A stretch of 63,190 nucleotides of DNA, counting the filler, from Rhabdomonas costata (Eukaryota), in NCBI GenBank assembly GCA_019059605.1. It is 54 parts of 54 records of this genome, joined end to end, with 100 filler letters (N's around TTAATTAATTAA, not from the genome) between each part and the next. Parts side by side here need not be neighbours in the genome. Positions count along the whole stretch, not along the records: positions 12,893 to 13,964 come from JAHMHO010030100.1; positions 14,065 to 15,136 come from JAHMHO010030101.1; positions 15,237 to 16,308 come from JAHMHO010030102.1; positions 16,409 to 17,480 come from JAHMHO010030103.1; positions 17,581 to 18,651 come from JAHMHO010030104.1; positions 18,752 to 19,825 come from JAHMHO010030105.1; positions 19,926 to 20,997 come from JAHMHO010030106.1; positions 21,098 to 22,169 come from JAHMHO010030107.1; 46 more parts are not named here. One strand, written 5' to 3'. Position numbers and translations under genes: made by a program. Positions 12,942 to 24,806 of this stretch are shown in pieces. Within the stretch, counting starts at the first letter, position 1, and each line of letters begins with the position of its first letter. The notes under the pieces are model-generated. The model had not been told where the DNA came from. It saw only the letters and a program-made list of their open reading frames with translations, and searched no databases.

Positions 12942-13503
12942 GGATTTGCCCTCGTCCATCAATGTCTCCCCCATTCCCCACTCACCACCACAGCAGCCCC
13001 CTCCTCGTCTCGTTACAATCTCCTCTCCGACTTCGCCCGCCAGAGCTGTCTCTCCGGCTGCAAAGCGTGATGCAGCGATGCCTCAGAACGGTCGGCCGTT
13101 CGTGCCAGCAGCCCCGAGAGTTCCGCCATTCACGTTAAGCTGTGTGACTCGACACACCAAAGCATTGTACAGTGATCTTCCACCACCTGGGCTGTCGCAT
13201 TGCACTTCTGTCGTTGTCCATGAGGTAAAGACGGTCCCTATGGCAAAGAAGGACTCCGTGGCAGGGAGGTCCACCAAAGTTGTGAAAGCCACCGAAGTTG
13301 TTGTGAAGTCCACCGTGGTTGTGAAGTCCACCGTGGTTGTCTTTGGAGGTCTTGTTAGCCGCGATGATGCCTCAGGCCATGATCCCAATTCCAGCCTTTA
13401 CGAGCTCTCCTGCGGCTGGGGGATACCCCATCCGGAATGGGTGCACGTTCGTCCTCGGGCCCCGCAGTACGCTCGCTACGGGCACTCGGCTGTATGCTGG
13501 AAG
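12942..13503 (+). CDS. Kelch-repeat protein exon, with Pro/Ser-rich region
   Basis: LSHCTSVV...VVVFGG...LYEL...W.HV.P..PQYARYGHSAVCWK fits the Kelch pattern (hhhFGG, W, P.ARYGHSA). Donor gtatat at 13504. Confidence 0.75.
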
Positions 13504-14064
13504 GTATATGATTGGATTTGGGGCAGAACTTTGGGTGTCGTGGTGGATAGGGATTCTTCATTTGCTTATCCTCGGCATTTTCATACCACAACTAACCCCA
13601 CAACCCTCTCTTTTGAAATTGGATGGGTACTTTAACTGGTTGACCTCTGGTCTGTATGTTGATCTGAAGAAACTGGCGCATCGTGGTGTTTTCACTGTGG
13701 AGGTGCAATCACTGACAGGCGCAAAAAAAAACACGGACAGAAAGTCACTTTAACTATACTGAAGACTCCACTGCGAGCTGAACTGAAGGGCCAGGTATGT
13801 TATTGCCCCCACCCCGCTGCTGTTCAACCATCTGGATGACCAACGCTAGCCTTGGTGCGAACACTACTGAACTTTGAAACGTGAAAACGTTGCCAGTACG
13901 TCTCTCTGTCTCTTTCTCCTGGAAGGAAGGGCTCCACCCCAATCTTCCTTGTAATCACAATCTCNNNNNNNNNNNNNNNNNNNNNNNNNNNNNNNNNNNN
14001 NNNNNNNNTTAATTAATTAANNNNNNNNNNNNNNNNNNNNNNNNNNNNNNNNNNNNNNNNNNNN

Positions 14065-14693
14065 TCATCTGATGTAAAAGTATTATCTTTAATGTTTGTA
14101 AGATCTTTTTTAATTTTTCTTATTTCAGAATAAAAATAATTTCGTTTTTCTTTCTTTTCTTGTTTTGAAAGTTCCATCTCATTAATTTTTCCTATTTCAT
14201 CTTTTACATGAAAAGATATATTAACAAATTTATTAAGATGATCTAAAAAATGTTCTGATATATTATTTTCAATATTTTTAATAATGTCAATAACTTCATA
14301 AGCAATAATAAAATTTAATTTTGTGTCATTTAATATTTCGTTAGAAATGCATTTTTTAAATTCATCATTATAAAATATTTTTAATTTTTCTAATAATTGT
14401 TTAGTTGTTTTATTAGGAGGTTTCCCTCTAGTATCTTGTCGAACAGTTATTGTTTTAATAATACATTTAATAAAAATTTCATTTATATTTGGAAAATGTT
14501 CATTATTATCATATAATTTAATTAAATATAATTTAAGAAATTGATATGTTTGAATAATGATTTTGTTGACAAGAATTACATGATCATTAATATTTTTATG
14601 TAATTCTGTATTTTTAATAATATTTTTAAGAGGACATTTATTTGTAACAAGCAATTCCAATTTTTCTTTTACTTTTGGTTTTTGAGAATTCAT
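14065..14693 (-). CDS. Fanzor-like (eukaryotic/giant-virus TnpB homolog) protein, N-terminal ~209 aa, truncated by the contig end before RuvC
   Basis: TNKCPLKNIIK...INDHVILVNKIIIQTYQFLKLYLIKLYDNNEHFPNINEIFIKCIIKTI...DTRGKPP...LLEKLKIFYNDEF...LNFIIAYEVIDIIKNIENNISEHFLDHLNKFVN follows the Fanzor1 WED/REC N-terminal pattern I recognise from giant-virus copies. Intronless and very AT-rich. Confidence 0.75.
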
Positions 14694-14797
14694 TTATATA
14701 TACAATACTATATTATTTTTTATATCCTTTTATAAACGAATAAAAAATAAAAACTAATACATTTATATAAAAAGAAGTATTAGTAAAATATATCATA

Positions 14798-15136
14798 ATG
14801 GATGTATACCAATATGTATGTGAAAAATGTAATTTCAAATGTAAATATAAATCAGCATGGGATAGACATATAGATACAGAATTACATAAAACAGGAAAAA
14901 GAAAACAAAGAAATGATATAAAAGAACCGTTTAAATGTACATTTTGCGATTATATAACAAAGAATAATGTGTTGATAAAACAACATATATTAAATGAACA
15001 TTCAACAAAAAAAGAAAGAGAAAATAATTTTAAATATTATTGTTCCGTGTGTGACTATGGAACATTTGCAAAAGATCTTTATGAAAGACACATTAAAACA
15101 ATAAAACATAATAAATATATACAACGACAAACAAAC
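14798..15136 (+). CDS. Triple C2H2 zinc-finger protein, giant-virus-like (runs to the contig end)
   Basis: CEKCNFKCKYKSAWDRHIDTELH; CTFCDYITKNNVLIKQHILNEH; CSVCDYGTFAKDLYERHIKTIKH. Divergent from the Fanzor-like ORF across 104 bp. Confidence 0.88.
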
Positions 15137-16146
15137 NNNNNNNNNNNNNNNNNNNNNNNNNNNNNNNNNNNNNNNNNNNNTTAATTAATTAANNNNNNNN
15201 NNNNNNNNNNNNNNNNNNNNNNNNNNNNNNNNNNNNTTTGTGGGGGTACCGTGGGGACACGGTGCCCTCGACCTCAGAGATGGCGGTCGACGGGCATTGC
15301 CCAAATCGCTGCGCAAACCCAAAACCACACACAGGGGAAGGTTGAGCATGGCAAGCCACAACAGGCTCAGTGCAGCGACAGAACACGAGCAGACGCAGCG
15401 ATGAGAAGAGCGGGAGTATGGCGAAGAAAAGCGGAGGTGTCGAATAAAAACGCGTAAAGTTGTCCGAACCAGAAGACGAATCTGCACAAATCCAAAATGT
15501 GGACGAAGATAGTGCAGCTGACAGAAGAGGAATCTTCATGAATAGTTGACATCGATCAATCGAAAACAAAAAAAGGAAAGGCACTCTGCAGATGCTGTAC
15601 CACTATCCTCTCGGTGTCTTTAACCCCTGATACGCGAGCAACTGCAGAGCAATGTCGGGTGCTCTCGACAACAACGCAACCGCCAGACGAGAATTCAAAT
15701 CATGGGCTGCATATTGGCCTGGGGATGGGAAAGGAGGGCAGATTAAACGGCAAAACACTGATAAACCTTGGCGGGGGGTTTGCGAAGAAGGGAAGCAAAG
15801 CGAGAAGGCGAGGGCGTGACCAACGCAACCCAAAGAAGAAGCGTAAAGGAACACATGCAAGTAAGCAAGGCAAGCCAAGACAAAGAAGACTGCATAAAAG
15901 CGGAAGAACGGAAAAGGAAAACAAGCAGGAAAAAGAGAGTGGGGGGGGGGAGGGCAGCGCGAGAAGAGAAAGCACACCGGAAAGTCACCCTGGTCGGTGC
16001 CTTTGAAGGACTGTGAGAGCAGCTTGCTGTCCGCCTCGCCATCTTCCTCGGAACCTTCGTTCCGGAGGTGCTGTTAGGCAATGAAAACAAAGACTCAGAC
16101 CTGAACAAGCTCAGAAGCTGCAATGACAGCTGATGAACGGGAGTAA

Positions 16147-16270
16147 CAATGGTGGCAACCCCTGTCAAGCGGTGCACCGGCCCTCTTCAGCAGTTCATCC
16201 CCTCCCGCCTGCTTTGTCACAAGAGCTGAGGGTGAAGAATCCCCTCCTCCTGGTGCCTTTTCAAGGTGAA
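16147..16270 (+). mobile_element. Possible degenerate hAT transposase C-terminal dimerisation-domain remnant
   Basis: QWWQPLSSGAPALF...VTRAEGEES resembles WW....S..P.L......TSA..ERSFS. The flanking frame has stops. Confidence 0.35.
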
Positions 16271-16477
16271 AAGGGATGGCGAACAGGAGTGGCATTCGCA
16301 TCAACCAANNNNNNNNNNNNNNNNNNNNNNNNNNNNNNNNNNNNNNNNNNNNTTAATTAATTAANNNNNNNNNNNNNNNNNNNNNNNNNNNNNNNNNNNN
16401 NNNNNNNNGTTTTGTGTTTCCCGTAGAACTGCTTGCCAATCCCTAAGACCGTGTCTGCTTTCCCTCTCTCATCACAG

Positions 16478-17480
16478 TCCATTTTGGTTCTGAAGTGGCT
16501 CTGCGGGTCCGTAGCTGTGAGCTTCACGGTGATGGGCGCGAGCGCGGCGCTCGCCGCCACAGGCCTGGCACAGGCGCTGCAGGCCCTGCAGAGCGGTGCG
16601 GTGGGCACGGTCTCCTCTGTCGCCACCGCCACTCTGGCTGAATACATGGCGGCTGAAGCAGCTGCCAACGCCAGCAACGCAACCACAAGCACGACCACAA
16701 CCGCAGCCACAACCACAACTACAAACCCGAGCTACGTCTACGCCACCACAGCGCTTAACACCTATCCTGACTACCTCCCGGGACCAACAACGTGTGCCTC
16801 CGTTTTCTCATTCCATTCTGGATGCTTTTGAGGTGAAGAGGGGACCCCTCATTTAGCCGTCGCTCGGTAGGATTGTGTATCGTATGGTCATCGTTTACAG
16901 GCTGGCGACTGCTGCCACACCATGCCAGGGTGGTTGCCGTATTCTTTCTTATGGTTGTCATGTGTGTGAGGCCTTTAACACAATTTTTTCTAGTGGAGCG
17001 TTTCGGACTTACTGACAATGCAAATGGAAAGCCTGAAGTGGTACCGTTTTCTGACTTCATCACAATGCCACTTTCCTGTTTCCAATTCTTGTTCTCAGTT
17101 GCTAATAAGTTTGCGTATACCTTGAAAAAAGATCGTCAAAGGAGTTCCCGTTATAGTTTCACTTTGACCTCGCCCCGCGATATGTTCTCATGCGTTGTGT
17201 GTGTCTCCGTCCTTTCCTTCCATCTGTTCGCGCCTGGAAGGGGAAAAGTGTAGTGCTCCTGAGGCGCGTGGTCTGGTGTTGGTGTGTTTCAGGCTGTTTA
17301 GACTGAGCAGCAGCAATCCTGCCCTGTTTGCTCTGCTGGTGCTTCTGGTGATCCCACTGGCCGCGGGGGCGGGGGTGCTGCTGTGGTGGGCGCTGCGCCC
17401 CGCGCCTGCTCTCGGCCACCAGATCGCCGCCGTGGAAACCCCTGCACCCTTTTCTGGCACTCCCTTGGACACCACAAAAA
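16478..17480 (+). CDS. Putative single-pass surface protein, partial (exons 16478-16791, ~17293-contig end)
   Basis: GSVAVSF strand and a Thr/Ala-rich stalk (NATTSTTTTAATTTTT), then the hydrophobic TM segment PALFALLVLLVIPLAAGAGVLLWW. Phases are compatible across a GT-AG intron. Confidence 0.6.
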
Positions 17481-18193
17481 NNNNNNNNNNNNNNNNNNNN
17501 NNNNNNNNNNNNNNNNNNNNNNNNTTAATTAATTAANNNNNNNNNNNNNNNNNNNNNNNNNNNNNNNNNNNNNNNNNNNNTGTTGTGGGTCCCGATTCCA
17601 CAAACAGGCAATGTGCACATCCGCGCAAGCTGTGATTGTTTTTTGTTGAGCTCTCGCCGGGCGTGTGTACGGTGTGAAGGCGCGTCAGTCAAGGCATAGC
17701 TACACCGTGAGCCACACCGTTTCACGAGGGGTGGGTATCCTGCTCGAAATTTGAGAATGATATGGCACAGTGAGACTCGGAACGGACAGGAAGAGCTTTG
17801 GGCCTGGAGTGCCCATACACCGTGCTCCTTTGGTGGTGGAAACTCAGTTGGGCATCGAATCTGCTGCAGAAACACGTCACCATGTTTGCGCACCTACACG
17901 CACCTACACCATGCGCTTTTGATGCGCTTTTTGCGCTCTTTTGGCATTTGTGTCAAGGACTGGCCTTTGTGATAAAAAGTCAGAGTATGAACGAAAATAG
18001 TGTCGGCTCGCCTATTGCCCTTCTCTACTGTTTCGTATTGCAAACATCAAAAGGGGCGGTAAGCACAGACTGGGAAATCGTTGCCCTCCTCGTTTTTGGC
18101 CTGCCGTGTTGATGTGATGGAAGGTGGGGTTTGGATGCACCGGTGTTCCGGACGCCCTTTTCTCACTGCAAATCCGGATTATTTGCCCTGCAG

Positions 18194-18361
18194 GTGAAGG
18201 GCAAGACAAGCGCCAGTGGTGGTCTGGGGGACCGCCTTCGAGGAGTGCTGTTCACTCTCCTGGTGGCTATTGTAACGGGGCGGCAGTTTGGGGTCGACTT
18301 TGGAAGGGACTCGATTATGGAGCTGCTGCACCCTTCGAAGTTTTTCACTCCGTCATGGCAG
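18194..18361 (+). CDS. Fucosyltransferase-like (GT23/GT37-type N-terminal motif) exon
   Basis: GGLGDRLRGVLFTLLVAIVTGRQFGVDF fits G.G(D/N)R..G......A..T.R.F..D. 168-bp exon flanked by cag/gt. Confidence 0.65.
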
Positions 18362-20596
18362 GTCCAAAGAAGGAGGAGGAATTCTATGTTGCTTCATTTT
18401 TTTTACCCTTTACCATCCTCTCTTCCCGTCAGACTCCCTCTTCCTCAGATCCGCTCTGACCGTTCACTTCGACCTCAGATCGGTGGTGTCTTTTATTCTG
18501 TGATTCCCGCACCCATGTGCCTATCAGGGTAAGTCCATCACACATTTCTGGCTTTCAGACATTGCTGAAAATCTAAACGTTGTCATACAGTTCAGGAATG
18601 GCGGTGTGACCATATGCCTGGAATACCCAGGCATATGGTCACACCACCACCNNNNNNNNNNNNNNNNNNNNNNNNNNNNNNNNNNNNNNNNNNNNTTAAT
18701 TAATTAANNNNNNNNNNNNNNNNNNNNNNNNNNNNNNNNNNNNNNNNNNNNTCGGCGAAGCGTGTCTCAGGGTTCAGGGTTCGGTGCTCTTGGTTCTGTC
18801 TCACTTACCCAGCGTTGCCTAGATCGTATGCGTGGATCCGTGTCTCTATCTGACCTTTGCTTTGGTTCTCACGTCTCATACACCTCCGCGAGAGGACAGA
18901 AACCACCAGAAGCTCTCTACAGTGTCATCGGAGTGAAAAGATCACAGACAGCAGCTCAGGCCCCGGTACCATAACGGTTGGGCTGAGGTGAGCCATGATG
19001 TAACCCTTAATGGCACTGCGTTACGGCCTCAGTCAGTGGTAGGACACACCACCCTAGCAACAGGAGGGCGATGTACACCAACCCATGGGCCTGGTTACCA
19101 TGGTAGTAGTGACATGCGTTCCCAGGTGGGTTAGGGACTGGTTGTGGAGGCGAGACCAACCCTGTAGTATGGGCTGTAGGGGTAGTGTATCGGCTACCTA
19201 CCTCTATGGTACTGTGCGTAAGGTGTTGGGTTCGCTCCTCCACCCAGTGCGGTGATGTCATGGGCTGAGTGGTGGTGGTCAGGACAGCTCCAACCCACTC
19301 ACCCTCAGCACCGTAGGCATAAGGCTCCGTCTTGGCATCACGTCAGGACGACCTTATGTTGAGGGGTTGATGGTGACGTTGGTGGTGGATGTGGTGACCT
19401 GCCTCCTCCCACACAGTACACCATGTCATCACAAGGTGTGTTCAGGACTACACGTCAACCCACTTTAGGGTGTCGTGGCATGGACCTAGCGATGTACAGC
19501 AAGGGGGATGTCACACGTCTACGTTGGATGTAGAGGCCGAGGTACACCGACCTACCCAACGATGGCAGCAAGGACCATGCATCACCTGGTACACGGTGTG
19601 TGAGTCAAGGTTTCTGTTGTTGTTGTTGGAAGAGGGAGGTTGTGACCGAAGACGCCGAACCCTGATGGTGGCAGAGGAGCAGTAGCAGAAGTGGCGTACA
19701 AGGCTGATGCCACCCCTCGATGCTGAAATGCCCACCATGAAGGCTGAAACCCACAACTCAGGGTTCTCACTCCGGCTACGCCCGGTCGGAACAAGTGAAA
19801 CCGTGCTTATGCCGGTGGAACGAGANNNNNNNNNNNNNNNNNNNNNNNNNNNNNNNNNNNNNNNNNNNNTTAATTAATTAANNNNNNNNNNNNNNNNNNN
19901 NNNNNNNNNNNNNNNNNNNNNNNNNGTTTTTGGGTCTCTGGTGTTCACGATTACAACCCCTGCAGCCCAACTGCCACTGAACGGAGCTCCCCTCTGTGAA
20001 GTTCTGAGGATGGGCGTGTGTGGATGCCCGTAGCGGTTATGCGGATTGCTGATCCGATGGGTTAAAAAGCGACGACGCTCTGGAGTTGGAAATACATAAG
20101 GATACAGGAGATAAACATACAGGAGGTGAGTGGTTTGGTTACAAAGTTTGTATGGCGTCGAAGAGCGACAACAGTTCAAGTAAAAGGTTTTGAAGCAGGT
20201 AAGATGACGACCCACGCCCTTTGGGAGAAGAGTCAGAGAGAGATGAACGCTTCCCAGGAATTCGAATAGAACGTAATGAGTGAGACCGTCCCCGTTCCCA
20301 GGCGGTTCGCACCACAATATTGTTGACATGCGGTGCAGCACCCCCATCCCCACCTAACACGGGTGGAAAGAAGCGGGACCAACCACCAATCCTCCAGTAA
20401 ACGTACAATTGCCCTCCGAAATCAGACTGAAAGCCCACCGAGACCGAGACGAGACTCGGGCACATCTCGCTTCAATCTACAACAAAGGCGATACAGGCTG
20501 CCCAGCATGACCGCAGTGCCACAAAAAAAAGACAGAACCATGGTGGTTGTATTGCTCTCTCTCTCTCGCTTGCGCCTCCTCCCTCGTGCTCCACAC

Positions 20597-20752
20597 CTCC
20601 TGGTTTGGGTCTGGGGCGCCGCCGTGCTCCTGCAGATGCTTCGAGGAGATGGAATAAGCGCGCTCCAGCAGCTCCCGCTGCCGCGCAAGCTCCCCCAGGG
20701 CCCCCACTGCGGTGCCCAGGCTGGCCAGGGTCACCGCAAGCTCAGGGTGCTC
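20597..20752 (-). CDS. TPR-repeat (kinesin light chain-like) exon
   Basis: EHPELAVTLASLGTAVGALGELARQRELLERAYSI fits HP..A.TL..LG..Y..LG....A..LLERAL.I. Confidence 0.75.
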
Positions 20753-21098
20753 CTTTGTTAGGTGTGTGTCGGGCGGGTTAGGGAGGTGAGTGTGTCTGCA
20801 GTCCTACTGTCGGTCTTCACCAGACATGGATCTTCCCCTGAAATTATATGCTTTTCAGCTCAACAGAATTGCTCAGGCTATAAATTGGCTGCTGCTGTGG
20901 CTTGCACGAGAGGGAGCTCATGCCACACGACGACGTCACGGCAGCGGTGGCGGCAAAGCACGAAGAAATACAAATGCTAAAAGAGGGACCAACCCCCNNN
21001 NNNNNNNNNNNNNNNNNNNNNNNNNNNNNNNNNNNNNNNNNTTAATTAATTAANNNNNNNNNNNNNNNNNNNNNNNNNNNNNNNNNNNNNNNNNNNNT

Positions 21099-22154
21099 TT
21101 GGGTAATGTATTTTCATATGTATCAAATTGTTCAGATGTAATATGTTTAAATAAAAGAATATATTACATCTTATTTCAATCAATTAAAAATACAAGAATT
21201 CAACGTATACTCGATCATTTGAATGACAATCAACCATATGAACGAAAAATTATTCAATTTGAAATGAATCAAGATAAATTAAATGATAACATAAATACTT
21301 TTTGTAACTTGCACGATGACATAAATATAAAAATAAAAAATTACATTTTCTCAGAATTAACAAGTAATACAATTTTTTATATATTAGGTGGTTGTGTTTT
21401 GTATTTAATTTCTGATATAAATAAAATAAAATTCAATAATTCAGATATTGATATTTACATTATATCAGATGATCATAAGAATACAAAAACAGGTATTAGA
21501 AAAGTAATATACGATTTATATAAGATTGACAGTAAATTTATTGTTGTAGAAAATGAAAAAACAATTACATTGTATCATCCAACTTTTAGGAGAATTCAAT
21601 TTGTTAAACATGTTTATAAAAGTTTAATTCAAGTCTTTGACTTTTTTGATATTGATTGTTGTTGTTTTGCTTATAAAAACAACAATATTTATACATTAGA
21701 TGATGCAATCTTTTCTTTAAATAACAAAATAATATATATGAATTATGTATACAAATCAATACTAATTGAACAATTACGATGCTATAAATATCATTGTAGA
21801 GGATTTGATGTTGAAGTAATAAGACAAACATATTATCATACACAATGTATATCAAGTACAAAATCAGTTCAATTTAAGGAAATTGTTGACAAAGATAAAA
21901 TTTATTCATTTAATCAGTTAGTTATGATTACAGATCCACCTGTCTTTACAGATAGATTAAACATAAATAAACGTTATACACATGATATAATTGACAATGT
22001 ACATTGCAGTGTAGCAAATCCACACGAAGTAAATGTATTTTATTTTGAACAATACGGAAATCAAATCAATACAACTGATTATACATATGCAGAATTTTTT
22101 AATAAATTACATGATGTTCAATTGTTAATACAAAAGATTTTTTTAACATTTTAA
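21099..22154 (+). CDS. Pol-beta-superfamily nucleotidyltransferase-like protein, giant-virus-like, 5' partial
   Basis: Intronless AT-rich 351-aa frame with ILGGCV...SDIDIYI (GG/DxD motif), TITL...RRIQF..Y.S...VFDFFDIDCC and R..KY..RGF. Confidence 0.75.
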   Translation: MGNVFSYVSNCSDVICLNKRIYYILFQSIKNTRIQRILDHLNDNQPYERKIIQFEMNQDKLNDNINTFCNLHDDINIKIKNYIFSELTSNTIFYILGGCVLYLISDINKIKFNNSDIDIYIISDDHKNTKTGIRKVIYDLYKIDSKFIVVENEKTITLYHPTFRRIQFVKHVYKSLIQVFDFFDIDCCCFAYKNNNIYTLDDAIFSLNNKIIYMNYVYKSILIEQLRCYKYHCRGFDVEVIRQTYYHTQCISSTKSVQFKEIVDKDKIYSFNQLVMITDPPVFTDRLNINKRYTHDIIDNVHCSVANPHEVNVFYFEQYGNQINTTDYTYAEFFNKLHDVQLLIQKIFLTF

Positions 22155-22592
22155 TGAAATAAAACCCACNNNNNNNNNNNNNNNNNNNNNNNNNNNNNNN
22201 NNNNNNNNNNNNNTTAATTAATTAANNNNNNNNNNNNNNNNNNNNNNNNNNNNNNNNNNNNNNNNNNNNGGTTGTTGTTACGGTAGTTTGGTAAAAAAAT
22301 CCAAATTGGATGTCAAGGACCAGACAGTACGCAGTGCTCAAGTTTGACCGGAACAACGAGTACTGCTTTTTTGACACATCACAGCGGTTGGACCAAATCT
22401 ATCCGAGGACAGTTGCCGGTTAGGATTGACGCTCATACGAACAGATTAATGGAACCCGAAGGAAGCAGAAACCGGGTGATCGATATCTCCAGCCATATCA
22501 GAAGATACCGAAAGCAAACTATCAACATCGGGTCACAGAGCGGGCCTGGGTAATCGAGGGGGCAAAAAAATCCAAAGCAAAGTCCGAAGGAC

Positions 22593-22772
22593 CTTGAGTT
22601 CGCGGAGCAAGTCCTGGCGGTTCCACGGCACCTTGGCCGGGAACTTTCGGCAGCCCTGGAGGTACCTCAGCTGGGACCGGATCACGCTGTCCGCATGCCC
22701 GGGCTCCGGTGCGCTGGGGCGGACGTACCGCGTGTGCGCCGTGGCGTTCTCCGCGGCTGAGGAGGCCATCAT
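22593..22772 (-). CDS. Exon of unknown protein
   Basis: 180-bp, GC3-rich, cag/gt-flanked: MMASSAAENATAHTRYVRP...SVIRSQLRYLQGCRKFPAKVPWNRQDLLRELK. Confidence 0.5.
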
Positions 22773-24195
22773 CTGTGGGCGGTGAACCCCCTCACCAATC
22801 AAAGGCAACAAAGGCAAAGGAAGCGGGTTGTGGGTGGGTGTGATGGTAACGATTGCGATTGCGCACACACTCGTGAACACTGGTAATTTCAGATCGTCCG
22901 GCGTAACCAAGTCACCCATCGGGATCGGGGGTGTTTGGTGACCTGACGAGTAGAGTCATTAAAAACTTTGAAGAACCCCAGCATCTTTTTTGGACCTCCT
23001 CCGCTCTTCAGCCCATTCCACGAACCACAGGGATTCCCATGACTCCAAGAGATATATTTGGTTCGGAGGAGGACATGTCATAGTGGAGGCATATCGCCCC
23101 CCATCCCCTTAGGTTCGGTATGCAGCTGCCCAAGAGGTCTCGGGTCGTTTTGGGCGTTCTTCAAGCCTGTTGCCTTGACTAGGGCTAACAACGGGGACAG
23201 TCAGCTTTCCGCTTGATTCCCGCCCTTACCACCCATTCTGTTTTCTGATCAAAAGGAGAAATTCACTGCCAATGTGCCATGTGGCCCGTGGATCATATCT
23301 GCACATCTACAGATGGTATTCAAAAAGTAATCCGCAAAACCNNNNNNNNNNNNNNNNNNNNNNNNNNNNNNNNNNNNNNNNNNNNTTAATTAATTAANNN
23401 NNNNNNNNNNNNNNNNNNNNNNNNNNNNNNNNNNNNNNNNNGGTGGGTTGTGGGGGAAAGCAGAAGGATAGGGTGGGGTACGGTTAGTGCAGCCCGAAAA
23501 CGCTCAAAAATACCCCCCGTCCACCTGGCACATACACCCACACAATGGGGAGAAACAATCAACGATCTCGTGCGGCACTAACCGTACCCCACCCTATCCT
23601 TCTGCTTTCCCTTGCAACTCCAATCGTGAGGCAATGACCTTCAAGGTAATTCCTGCAATACCCCGCGAAGGCACCCATACATCAGGTTCTGGAGAATGGC
23701 CTCCACAGCTGGGGCCTTGTTCTTCTCCTTGTCCGCAGGCTTTAGCTCTCCTCTCCAGGCCTCTTTCCACTTGTCATTGGAAGTTCGCCCATCCCGCGTG
23801 GCTCAAGTGTCTCTCTTTGCTTCTCTTCTGCCCAGGAATATCAGACCATCTGCTTCTGAACACGAAAATGCCATAGTGCCGTCCCCGAATCGAATCTCCT
23901 ACACCCCGGCTCTTTTCAAATTCTTATCTGAAGCCTTTTGTGACATCAGCAGATCTCCACAGGTCAGTGTCCTGGAGGCTCTCGGTATTGTTCAGAAAAA
24001 CACACACACACAACACACACACATTGCATGAAAGCATGCAAACTCGAGGACCACCAATCCCCCCCCCTAAAAAAAACACATTGTGGCTCGCAATGTGCGG
24101 ATTTTATGACGAGCACCCAAATCCACTCGTTAACTTCATTCACCAACAGTTTGGAAGGCAAACGGAGAAAAGCCACAACACAAAAAAGGCCGGAC

Positions 24196-24347
24196 CGCTC
24201 CAGGGCTGGGCAAGGGGCTGTCCACGGGGTGGTCCGGGGTTCGCCCAGGACGGGCAGAAGCTCTCTCCGGGGGTGTCGCCACGTGCAGCTCCCGCCAGGC
24301 CACCTCCAACCGCTTCATAAAGACGTCAATGTCCTCCCTGCACACCC
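24196..24347 (-). CDS. Exon with a PLP-enzyme C-terminal helix, tentatively SepSecS-like
   Basis: (G)VCREDIDVFMKRLEVAWREL resembles the SepSecS C-terminus IG....DVD.F..RL. The match is short. Confidence 0.35.
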
Positions 24348-24806
24348 CTAAGGAAGAAGTTAAGGGCCGCACCCTATAAAGCACTGCAAAGGCGTTGCTG
24401 ACGACGACGGGGCACATAAGGCAGAGTCATGGAAGGAATAGGGGGAACTCGACCATCAAGGAGACTCTTCGGCGCATGCGTACTACTCAGGGACAAGAAG
24501 GACACACCCCCCNNNNNNNNNNNNNNNNNNNNNNNNNNNNNNNNNNNNNNNNNNNNTTAATTAATTAANNNNNNNNNNNNNNNNNNNNNNNNNNNNNNNN
24601 NNNNNNNNNNNNCTATTTCCTTGTTTTTTTGACATAAATGGATGGCTGAGTTCGCTGGCATGTCATTTTTGTTTCGAAGTCGACCCATAGTGCTGTGTTT
24701 CTTCTGCTTCTTTCCATTGGCGGTGTATTTTCTTTCTTTGTTTTCCAATTTCAAAATTTTCCTTTTGGTCTGTGACGCTGTGCTTGAGGTCGGGGTGCTA
24801 ATCCAG

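Noticed and set aside
21604-21861. 85-aa minus-strand ORF
   Set aside because: Antisense shadow inside the nucleotidyltransferase ORF.
23454-23611. 37-bp perfect inverted repeat
   Set aside because: Contig-edge fold-back, like 5869-5912, 18603-18645 and ~25636-25680. Most likely an amplification artefact.
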